From positions 90,001 to 122,000 of the forward strand of contig CAZHYN010000002.1 of NCBI GenBank assembly GCA_964536865.1: a stretch of 32,000 nt of DNA. Reading direction: 5' to 3'. The stretch comes from an uncultured Planctomycetia bacterium (GTDB lineage: Bacteria; Omnitrophota; Gorgyraeia; Duberdicusellales; 4484-171). Each line of letters opens with the position of its first letter. Positions within the stretch are counted from its first letter, which is position 1. The notes under the pieces are model-generated. The model was not told the DNA's origin. It ran no database searches and saw only the letters and a program-made list of their open reading frames with translations. The translations under genes and the position numbers were made by a program. Below are positions 24,993 to 32,000 of the stretch, one piece after another.

Positions 24993-25286
24993 TTAAGCTT
25001 CTAAAGGTAGTGTACTTACTTTCTCAAATTCAACTGCTACTTCCCACATCCCTTCCTTTTCCATCACTCTACTAACTTTACCTCTAACAAAGAAAGAACC
25101 TATAGTGGGAAGAATTTTGAACTCTCCGTAGATAATCGAACCTATCTCCACAGGGCGAGAAAGGTTAATCTTCATTCCTCCTGCGCTAATATCAACGACC
25201 TTCCCTTCTTCTCTTACCCCCGCACAGGAAATAACTGCCTTCTCCTCCTCTACGTACCAACGATTAAATTTGCGTCTCTCTTCCAT
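24993..25286 (-). CDS. Stand-alone PilZ-domain protein (canonical c-di-GMP-binding motifs)
   Basis: 97 aa. RxxxR motif (RKFNR) at the N-terminus and DxSxxG (DISAGG) about 25 residues later. Confidence 0.8.
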   Translation of the reverse strand: MEERRKFNRWYVEEEKAVISCAGVREEGKVVDISAGGMKINLSRPVEIGSIIYGEFKILPTIGSFFVRGKVSRVMEKEGMWEVAVEFEKVSTLPLEA

Positions 25287-25302
25287 CTTTTATCCCTCCT
25301 TT

Positions 25303-25926
25303 CTATTCACCTTCTTTAACTCCTAAAGCCTTAAATAATTTCCTTAAAGATTCTAAATCAGGAAAAAATAAAAGGCAACCCCCAAAATCCATATCTCTTA
25401 CTTTTAATTCTGTTCTTATAAAAATGGCTTCATCGCTATGCTGAGCTATATGGATGAAAAAAAAGTCCATTATTGCTCCCACCATATCCATAGCTAATGA
25501 GGGGGTAGTATACATTATAGTAAAACCAGTCATATCAGAAAGAACATTCATATAAGCTCCTACTAAAATGTTAACCATTTCTCTCAAAGAGGAAAGGAAC
25601 ATGCCATCGTTAAGGTCTACTTCCTCAGGAGGTTTCCCTAACAGAGTGCTCCCTAGGATCTTACCCTCTTGAGGTGCTAAAAGAAAGAATACCCTACCAG
25701 AGATTTCTCCCTCTACCCCAATATCTAAAACAAAATATAAATCTTCCGGATTACCCAAAACTTTATGGAGAGACTCTAAAGGTACTAATTTTGTCTCAGG
25801 GAGAGTAATCTCTACTTTGCAATTAAGAAGCTCAGCTAAAGCAGTAGCGGATCTACCTGCTCCGATAGTCCCTACTTCTTTAAGAACATCTAACTGGTTC
25901 GAAGAAATTTTTTTAGTTTCATCCAT
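25303..25926 (-). CDS. cheC: CheC-family protein (first active-site motif degenerate, second intact)
   Basis: 207 aa. Site 1 is DVLKEVGT...(22)...P, with Asn replaced by Thr. Site 2 is SSLREMVN...(22)...P and is intact. 8-nt overlap with cheB. Confidence 0.75.
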   Translation of the reverse strand: MDETKKISSNQLDVLKEVGTIGAGRSATALAELLNCKVEITLPETKLVPLESLHKVLGNPEDLYFVLDIGVEGEISGRVFFLLAPQEGKILGSTLLGKPPEEVDLNDGMFLSSLREMVNILVGAYMNVLSDMTGFTIMYTTPSLAMDMVGAIMDFFFIHIAQHSDEAIFIRTELKVRDMDFGGCLLFFPDLESLRKLFKALGVKEGE

Positions 25927-26953
25927 CTTTCAAATATTCTAAAATTTTGTCAGGTATTTTACTTACAGGTAAAATTTCATCAGCCAATTTTGCCTCTATT
26001 ACTGCCCTAGGCATCCCATAAACCACACAACTTGCCTCATCCTGAGCAATTATCCTACCTCCTTTTTCTTTCACCTTCCTTGCTCCTTCTAACCCATCTT
26101 TACCCATTCCAGTAAGAATTACCACTACTATCTCACCATCAAATACTTCCGCCAAAGAAGTTAAAGTCACGTCTATCGCTGGTCTTACATAGTTTACCAA
26201 TGCTGTCTCATCTAATCTTATGCAATAACCCTCTAGGGCCTTTTCTATCATCATATGATATCCTGAGGGAGCTACAAATCCTGCTCCTTTTATAAGAAAA
26301 TCCCCATCTTCGGCTTCCTTTATCTTGATATTTGAATACCACGAAAGTCTCTCAGCAAAACTTCTGGTAAATCCTGGGGGCATATGTTGAATAATCAGAA
26401 AAGTATAATCACAGTAGGAAGGAAATGTTTGCATTAAATCTAGTATGGCTTTAGGGCCACCAGTAGAAGCGCCTATTGCCACTATCTTTTTTACTGCTAG
26501 TTTCTCTTTATCAACGACTTTCTCTACCGTTAGAGAAAGAAACTTATTTAAATCTACCCTAGCAGTTAACTTAATCTTGGAGATTATTTCCTCTCTAAAA
26601 TTATATAAATCTAAGGATACTTCCCCGCTAGGTTTAGGAATGAAGTCCAATGCTCCAAGTTCTAACGCTTTCATAGTAACTTTTGCCCCTCTCTGGGTAT
26701 AGGCGGAGAGCATAACTACTCGTGTAGGGAAATTATGCATAAGTTCTTCTAGTACTTTCAACCCACTTATATCAGGAAGATTTACATCCAAGGTCACTAC
26801 ATCGGGCTTCAGCTCTGGAATCCTTTGGAGAGCCTCTCTTCCCAACTTAGTAGATCCTACCACTTCTATTTGAGGCTCACTGGATAAAATATCTCCTATT
26901 ACTTTCTGCATTAAAATTGAATCTTCTACAATAAAGACTCTTACTTTTCTCAT
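25919..26953 (-). CDS. cheB: Chemotaxis response regulator protein-glutamate methylesterase
   Basis: 344 aa. REC domain (VFIVEDS, VTLDVNLP). Esterase domain with GASTGGP, IIQHMPPGFT and LTGMGKDG motifs. Confidence 0.92.
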   Translation of the reverse strand: MRKVRVFIVEDSILMQKVIGDILSSEPQIEVVGSTKLGREALQRIPELKPDVVTLDVNLPDISGLKVLEELMHNFPTRVVMLSAYTQRGAKVTMKALELGALDFIPKPSGEVSLDLYNFREEIISKIKLTARVDLNKFLSLTVEKVVDKEKLAVKKIVAIGASTGGPKAILDLMQTFPSYCDYTFLIIQHMPPGFTRSFAERLSWYSNIKIKEAEDGDFLIKGAGFVAPSGYHMMIEKALEGYCIRLDETALVNYVRPAIDVTLTSLAEVFDGEIVVVILTGMGKDGLEGARKVKEKGGRIIAQDEASCVVYGMPRAVIEAKLADEILPVSKIPDKILEYLKDG

Positions 26954-27447
26954 ACTTCTTTTTCTCCCTGAAACATCGTCTTTATTCTAACTTTGCCTGT
27001 ATCTAAATCAAAGAAAATAGTTCTTCCGTAGCTACCCCCAGTATCCTCTCCTACAATTTTGATCCCATGAGAAGCCAAAATCTCTCTTGCCTTATCGATA
27101 TTTTTACCTCCTACATTAAAAGGGCTATCTAAAGGAATAGAACTAAACATATGAGCTCCACCGAAAAGTTTTGCTACCAGTTGATGAGGTTGAACCCCCC
27201 GCTTCTTTAACTCATCAATCATAATGCCCACGGCAGAATCTACATACTTAGCAGGGTTAAACTTAGCTTTCGCATCAGCGATAGAAGGCAACATAGCATG
27301 AGCTAAAGCTCCTATCTTTTTTCTAGGTTCATAGACAGCGATACCAATACAAGATCCTAACCCCCGAGTGACGAGTACATCTGGAAAGCTTCCTACTCTT
27401 ACCTCTGCCATACCTACTTCTATAAGATTACCTTTCCTTGCCTCCAT
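26950..27447 (-). CDS. cheD: Chemoreceptor glutamine deamidase CheD
   Basis: 165 aa. GLGSCIGIAVYE (catalytic Cys context), ALAHAMLP and KLFGGAHMF motifs. Confidence 0.9.
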   Translation of the reverse strand: MEARKGNLIEVGMAEVRVGSFPDVLVTRGLGSCIGIAVYEPRKKIGALAHAMLPSIADAKAKFNPAKYVDSAVGIMIDELKKRGVQPHQLVAKLFGGAHMFSSIPLDSPFNVGGKNIDKAREILASHGIKIVGEDTGGSYGRTIFFDLDTGKVRIKTMFQGEKEV

Positions 27448-27462
27448 GTTGAGAGATTTCTC

Positions 27463-27837
27463 CTATTCTCCTAACACTCTCCTTATAGCTTCTACAACAC
27501 GAGATGGCTGAAATGGTTTTACGATAAAGTCCTTAGCTCCTGCCTGAATTGCTTCTACTACTAAAGCGTGCTGGCCCATAGCAGAAACCATTACAATTTT
27601 AGCATTAGGATCAATCCGCATAATCTCCTTTACCGCTCCAATCCCATCGATCTCTTCCATCTTAGGCATAACAATATCCATTGTAACTAAATCTGGCTTT
27701 AACTCCTTATACTTCTCAATCGCCTCTTTACCATTCTCTGCTTCGCCACAAATTTCAAAACCTTCTTTCTTTAAGATGTCTCCTAGCATCCTACGCATGA
27801 AGAGAGCATCATCAACTATTAAGATTTTTGTCGGCAT
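27463..27837 (-). CDS. cheY: Chemotaxis response regulator CheY
   Basis: 124 aa, single REC domain. ILIVDDALFMRR, LVTMDIVMP, VMVSAMG and FIVKPF are present, so all canonical phosphorylation-site residues are retained. Confidence 0.9.
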   Translation of the reverse strand: MPTKILIVDDALFMRRMLGDILKKEGFEICGEAENGKEAIEKYKELKPDLVTMDIVMPKMEEIDGIGAVKEIMRIDPNAKIVMVSAMGQHALVVEAIQAGAKDFIVKPFQPSRVVEAIRRVLGE

Positions 27838-27866
27838 ACTAACCTCCTTTTTAACCTCGCCCTTTT

Positions 27867-28712
27867 CTATATCTTAACAAATATTTTATCAAGTAGACTT
27901 ACAGGTTTAAAATAATTCCTTAGAGAAACACCTACACTCTCTACTTTCCCGAGAACTAAGTATCCTCCCTCCTTTAAGGACTTATGTACCTCTAAGAGAA
28001 TTCTCTCGCTTTCCTCTAAACTAAAATATATTCTTACATTTCTAAAAAAGACCACATCTATAAACTTTAAGGGTGGGTCAAATAGTAAGTTGTGTTTTCT
28101 AAAAGTAACCACTTCCTTTAAAGTATCTTTAACTTGATAAAGCCCTTTGCCTAAGGGAGTAAAATACTTATTTAAAATTAGAGGATCTACATTCCTCAAA
28201 GATCTCTCTGAGTAAATACCTTCCCTGGCTTTCTTTAAAGCTTGCTCATCAATATCGGTACCGTATATTTTTAAAACAAACTTATCGTTTATATTTATAT
28301 TTTTTAACTTCTCCAAAAAAATAATTGCTAAAGAATAGGGCTCCTCCCCACAAGAACACCCAGATGACCAACACCGTATCGTTTTCTCTCTTTGCTCTCT
28401 TTTCCTCTCTATTAGAGAGGGGATACAGATATCTCTAAACGTAGCAAAGACTTCGGGATCACGGAAAAGTTCAGAAACATTTATACTGAGGTTATCAAAA
28501 AAAATATCCCATTCTTGAGGTTGTTTTTTTAATATCTGAATATAACCCAATAAATTATCCAAACCTAAATGGCTAAGTCTTAGCTTCAGTCTGCGGGTAA
28601 GAAAGCTTTTTCTATAGGAGGTTAAGTCTATTCCTCGATGTTTCCTTACAAAATTAAAGAAAAGGTCAATCTCATGGGAAGAAAAAAAATCTTTCTTTTC
28701 CACTTCCACCAT
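27867..28712 (-). CDS. cheR: Chemotaxis protein methyltransferase CheR
   Basis: 281 aa. N-terminal helical domain. SAM-binding block IRCWSSGCSCGEEPYSLAI. FRNVRIYF motif. Confidence 0.9.
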   Translation of the reverse strand: MVEVEKKDFFSSHEIDLFFNFVRKHRGIDLTSYRKSFLTRRLKLRLSHLGLDNLLGYIQILKKQPQEWDIFFDNLSINVSELFRDPEVFATFRDICIPSLIERKREQREKTIRCWSSGCSCGEEPYSLAIIFLEKLKNININDKFVLKIYGTDIDEQALKKAREGIYSERSLRNVDPLILNKYFTPLGKGLYQVKDTLKEVVTFRKHNLLFDPPLKFIDVVFFRNVRIYFSLEESERILLEVHKSLKEGGYLVLGKVESVGVSLRNYFKPVSLLDKIFVKI

Positions 28713-28716
28713 GCTT

Positions 28717-28980
28717 TTAATGTTGGGGAGCCTTTTTAACCTTCTCTATTGCCTTGGTGAGCTCTTTAACTACATCAGCTCTAAGCTGAAGTTCAAGTTC
28801 AGCTATTTTAGTGTATACTCTCCCTTTATCGGTAACCACATATTTAGAGGGGAGATTATTTAAAGCTAAAGCCATTATATCCAATGTACACTTTTCACAT
28901 TTGCATACATCGTTTCTTCTGGAAAGTAAATTTTCCAAAGTATTTTTCACTATATCCTCCATGTAATTATGGCATTCCAT
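28717..28980 (-). CDS. ComFB-family (late competence development protein ComFB-like) small protein
   Basis: 87 aa. NYMEDIVKNTLENLL...CKCEKCTLDIMALALNNLPSKYVVT matches the ComFB-family pattern. Four Cys (C3, C26, C28, C31) are positioned for a Zn site. RBS AAGGAGGTGGATA lies upstream. Confidence 0.7.
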   Translation of the reverse strand: MECHNYMEDIVKNTLENLLSRRNDVCKCEKCTLDIMALALNNLPSKYVVTDKGRVYTKIAELELQLRADVVKELTKAIEKVKKAPQH

Positions 28981-29003
28981 TATCCACCTCCTTAGAAAAT
29001 AGT

Positions 29004-29032
29004 AGTATAAAATTAATTATTTTATACGTCAA
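29004..29032 (-). promoter_or_regulatory. Candidate internal sigma70 promoter upstream of comFB-cheR-cheY-cheD-cheB
   Basis: The minus strand reads TTGACG (29032-29027), a 17-nt spacer, then TATACT (29009-29004), 23 nt before the comFB ATG. AT-rich DNA raises the chance of a spurious match. Confidence 0.4.
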
Positions 29033-29057
29033 TAGAAAAATCATTTTTAACTATAAA

Positions 29058-30977
29058 TTACTTTATATTAACTACATCCAAGATTAAAGCTATCCGACCG
29101 TCACCTAAGATAGTTCCTCCTGCAATCCCTCTTATTCTTTTAACGAAGGAACCCAAAGGTTTTACTACAATATCCTGCTCACCTATCACTTTATCTACAA
29201 CCAGACCCATACTTTTTGTTCTACCTTCTACTATCACTACCGAGATTTCTTCCTTCTCGTAAGTAGCTAATGTCTTCATCCCTAACTCCTTATCTAACCT
29301 AAGAATAGGAACAATCTCTTCTCTTACACGCATCACTTCTATATCTTTTATTCTTTTTAGCTCCGCTTCTTTTACCTTTACTGTCTCTCGGATGTTCATA
29401 AGAGGAATAGCATAAATCTGTTCTCCAATAACGACTAACATAGCTTTTATAATAGCTAAAGTTAAAGGTAAAGTAAGAATAAATTTTGTTCCCTTCCCTC
29501 GCTGCGTCTCCAAATCCAATCTTCCTCCCAGAGCATCTAACTTGTTACGTACTACATCTAATCCCACTCCTCGGCCTGATACATCAGTCACTTTCTCACT
29601 GGTAGAGAAACCAGGCATAGTAAGGATATCTAAAATTTGACGATAGTCATTTTTGGAAACCTCTTGAGGAGAAATTAGTCCTTTTTCTGCTGCAGCAGCT
29701 ACCACCTTATCTATATCTATCCCCCTCCCATCGTCACTAATCTCTATTATAATATGACCCTTCTCTCGGGATACTTTGATAAGTATCTTACCACGGGGGG
29801 GTTTACCTATTTTCCTTCTCTCTTGAGGAGTCTCTATTCCATGGTCTATAGCATTTCTAATAAGGTGTACTAAAGGATCACCTATCTCATCTAAAACTAC
29901 CCTGTCTAACTCTATCTCACTGCCCACTATGTCTAAATCTACCTCCTTACCTTCTTTCCGAGATAGATCTCTTACAATCCGAGGGAAATTATCCAGGATA
30001 TAAGAAACAGGTAAGAGCCTCATCTTCAATGCCTCATCCTGAAGAGAAGAGACCAATCTTTCGATAAGATAAGTGGTCTCTTCTAAAGCTGTATAATCCT
30101 TGCTTATTACAGTCTGAGTAAGTCTACTTTTAGTAATAGCTAACTCCCCCATCAGATTCATAATCTTATCTAATCGCTCTACCGGTATCCGCATACTCTG
30201 AATCTTCTTAATATAAGGGGTAGTTTTTCCTTTTTTTCTTTCTACTTTCTCAGCAGAAGAAGTGAATTTAGAAACTCTAATCTCCTTAACTTCTAAAATC
30301 TTAGAAACTTCTTCTTTGATTTTTTCTGGCGGTTCCTTAGTAGCCAAAAAGAAATGAAATGAATTTCCAAATGTACCGGCTTTCAACTTATCCTCAGAAG
30401 GGATAACCTGGATTATTTGACCTAACATTCTCACTCTCTTAAGAATAAGAAAGGCCCTTGCCCCTTTAAGAAGACAGTCATCTTGCAGGGTTACTTCCAC
30501 TTTTAAGAGTTCCTTATTCTCCTTCCTTAACTTTTTAATATACTCCTCATCTATGTGTGTTGGATATTCCTGAAGAACTTGAGGATATTCTTTTCTCTCT
30601 TCTTTAGAGACTAAACTACTTAACCTTACTAAATAGGAAGGAATATCTACAGATATAGGTTTCTCTTCTCTTAACTCCTCTACAACAGTAGTAAAGGCAT
30701 CGATACTCTCAAAAACAACATCCATTATCTCAGGCGTCAGTGTTGATTTACCAGACCGGAAATTATCAAAAGTGTCCTCTAAATGATGAGCAAACTCTGC
30801 CAACTCTTTATATCCCATAGTTGCTGCCATCCCTTTAAGGGTATGCATATGTCGGAATATCTCATTTATGGATTGTTCATCATGAGGATTCTTTTCTAAA
30901 TTAACTAAAGCTTTATTTATCTCCTTCAGATACTCTTGGGACTCACTGAAGAATAGCTCACGATAATTCTTTTCCAT
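29058..30977 (-). CDS. cheA: Chemotaxis histidine kinase CheA
   Basis: 639 aa. Hpt domain with FRHMHTLKGMAA. Dimerisation region, then HATPase (HLIRNAIDHGIE, DDGRGID, GRGVGLDVV). C-terminal CheW-like domain. Confidence 0.95.
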   Translation of the reverse strand: MEKNYRELFFSESQEYLKEINKALVNLEKNPHDEQSINEIFRHMHTLKGMAATMGYKELAEFAHHLEDTFDNFRSGKSTLTPEIMDVVFESIDAFTTVVEELREEKPISVDIPSYLVRLSSLVSKEERKEYPQVLQEYPTHIDEEYIKKLRKENKELLKVEVTLQDDCLLKGARAFLILKRVRMLGQIIQVIPSEDKLKAGTFGNSFHFFLATKEPPEKIKEEVSKILEVKEIRVSKFTSSAEKVERKKGKTTPYIKKIQSMRIPVERLDKIMNLMGELAITKSRLTQTVISKDYTALEETTYLIERLVSSLQDEALKMRLLPVSYILDNFPRIVRDLSRKEGKEVDLDIVGSEIELDRVVLDEIGDPLVHLIRNAIDHGIETPQERRKIGKPPRGKILIKVSREKGHIIIEISDDGRGIDIDKVVAAAAEKGLISPQEVSKNDYRQILDILTMPGFSTSEKVTDVSGRGVGLDVVRNKLDALGGRLDLETQRGKGTKFILTLPLTLAIIKAMLVVIGEQIYAIPLMNIRETVKVKEAELKRIKDIEVMRVREEIVPILRLDKELGMKTLATYEKEEISVVIVEGRTKSMGLVVDKVIGEQDIVVKPLGSFVKRIRGIAGGTILGDGRIALILDVVNIK

Positions 30978-30983
30978 AATGAT

Positions 30984-31589
30984 TTAAATTTCGGTAGCTT
31001 TAAGAAGAATCTCCAAGCCCTTAGGATTGGGTAGGAGAAAAAAATGTCCGGTAACTTTTGTTGTGGCTTCACTAAACTCTGATTTTATAAGTAAAGCGTA
31101 AGGAGAAATATTACTCAATTCTATAAGAATGTAATCTACCATTGCTCCTGCCATATCCTCAATAACTTCAGGGACGGTGGGAACAAGTCCCCACTTTACA
31201 AACACGGAGAGTGCTCCCAGATAAGCGTTGGCTAGAATCACTCCTATTTCTTTAAGAGCTGAACGTTCCATATCAGTTATTACTCCTCCGTTAGATGACT
31301 TTCTATTAGTTAACAGAGAAGCTAATCCTAACGCATCTTTATGGGAAAAGATAAGAAGAATCACACTGGGAAAGTCACCTAGAATTCTTACAATTAACCC
31401 TACAACTAATTTCTCTTCTCCTACAATTTGAGGAACTTTCTCCACAGGAAGAAAATAAATTTCGGGGACATTTATTTCTATTTTCTTATTGGTAAGTTGA
31501 GATAGAGCAGTAGCAGCGTTACCTGCACAGATATTCCCAATTTCTCTTAGAGCATCTTTTTGAAACTCATCGAACTTTATCTCTTCCAT
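30984..31589 (-). CDS. cheC: CheC-family protein (first active-site motif intact, second degenerate)
   Basis: 201 aa. Site 1 is DALREIGN...(22)...P and is intact. Site 2 is SALKEIGV...(22)...P, with Asn replaced by Val. Confidence 0.75.
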   Translation of the reverse strand: MEEIKFDEFQKDALREIGNICAGNAATALSQLTNKKIEINVPEIYFLPVEKVPQIVGEEKLVVGLIVRILGDFPSVILLIFSHKDALGLASLLTNRKSSNGGVITDMERSALKEIGVILANAYLGALSVFVKWGLVPTVPEVIEDMAGAMVDYILIELSNISPYALLIKSEFSEATTKVTGHFFLLPNPKGLEILLKATEI

Positions 31590-31979
31590 CTACTTATTTT
31601 CCGAAGAGATGGCTTTCTTTATTACCTCCAAGAGCTTCTCTGCAGTAAAGGGTTTAATCACGAAGTCCTTAGCCCCATAAGCTAAAGCCTCCTGAACCAA
31701 TCTCCTATCCCCCAAAGCGGAAATAACCACAATTTTTGCCTCAGGATCAAAGGATATAATTTCCCTTACTGCACTAATCCCATCCATTTCTTCCATCATA
31801 GGCATTACAATATCCAAAGTAACTAAATCTGGATTGAGCTCCTTATACTTCTGCACTCCCTCTAAGGCGTTGGATGCTTCTCCACAGATCTCAAAACCTG
31901 CCTTTACTAGAATATCCCTTATAAGATTTCTCATGAATAAAGCATCATCAACTATTAATACACGTTTCCTCTCCATCAT
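31590..31979 (-). CDS. cheY: Chemotaxis response regulator CheY (second paralog)
   Basis: 129 aa, single REC domain. VLIVDDALFMRN, LVTLDIVMP, VVISALG and FVIKPF are present. The start may be the second ATG (31976). Confidence 0.9.
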   Translation of the reverse strand: MMERKRVLIVDDALFMRNLIRDILVKAGFEICGEASNALEGVQKYKELNPDLVTLDIVMPMMEEMDGISAVREIISFDPEAKIVVISALGDRRLVQEALAYGAKDFVIKPFTAEKLLEVIKKAISSENK

Positions 31980-32000
31980 TACTTATTATACCTTCTTCTT

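Noticed and set aside
29034-29051. AAAAATCATTTTT core resembling the centre of the Fur-type operator, just upstream of the candidate comFB promoter
   Set aside because: Only 11 of the 14 positions in the 7-1-7 half-sites match, and the discriminating outer bases (TTG/CAA) are lost. Such A/T runs are expected by chance in this AT-rich DNA.
1711-31431. Short ORFs (61-115 aa) antisense to or nested in the strongly supported genes. Plus strand: 1711-1962, 2826-3173, 5805-6023, 10097-10309, 12099-12293, 12605-12886, 14914-15132, 15832-16035, 19107-19307, 21366-21626, 21824-22048, 24532-24750, 24762-24971, 26445-26702, 28884-29087, 31228-31431. Minus strand: 664-849, 22611-22814.
   Set aside because: Each lies wholly or mostly inside a longer ORF with clear family motifs, either on the opposite strand or in another frame. 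The translations are S/L/F/I/P-rich, as expected for shadow frames of AT-rich, purine-skewed genes. None shows a recognisable domain or a convincing RBS.
1-32000. Search for tRNA, rRNA, CRISPR arrays, IS elements and toxin-antitoxin or defence cassettes
   Set aside because: There are no regularly spaced direct repeats, no cloverleaf-like GC-rich segments in the few intergenic gaps, no transposase-like ORFs and no terminal inverted repeats. Apart from the 376-nt fur upstream region, every gap is 190 nt or shorter.

Overview
This is an AT-rich bacterial chromosomal window. 36 of the 38 credible CDSs lie on the minus strand, and many have 4-29 nt overlaps that suggest translational coupling. The lipid A and core genes indicate a diderm organism, and the K/E/I-rich proteins may indicate a thermophile. 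I saw no rRNA, tRNA, CRISPR array or transposon. There are four blocks. (1) 168-6607 is a probable 13-gene operon led by a Fur-family regulator. It has a near-consensus sigma70 promoter and two identical palindromic Fur-type operators. It encodes two NifX-like proteins, a 2x[4Fe-4S] ferredoxin, two MinD-type ATPases with inserted ferredoxin domains, an Mrp/NBP35 ATPase, zinc-ribbon proteins, a Nudix hydrolase and a family of small Gly/Pro/aromatic/Met-rich proteins with a shared C-terminal coiled-coil (DUF5320-like). This is my best candidate for an uncharacterised, iron-responsive metallocluster-handling system. (2) 6913-17102 is a lipid A/LPS core block with waaA, lpxK, an LpxL-ELM1 fusion, two GT4 domains and four GT9 domains, including a GT4-GT9 fusion. 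(3) 17099-21508 holds the housekeeping genes xerC-like, topA, dprA and aroK. (4) 21699-31979 is a CheC/CheD-type chemotaxis locus with cheY, cheC, cheA, cheR, cheY, cheD, cheB, cheC and an MCP. It also carries cyclic-dinucleotide-associated genes: ComFB, PilZ and a degenerate REC-GGDDF protein paired with a third CheC. A GC-rich palindromic repeat occurs twice, at about 6874-6910 and 21559-27. All functional calls come from motifs read by eye in the translations; no database search was run.
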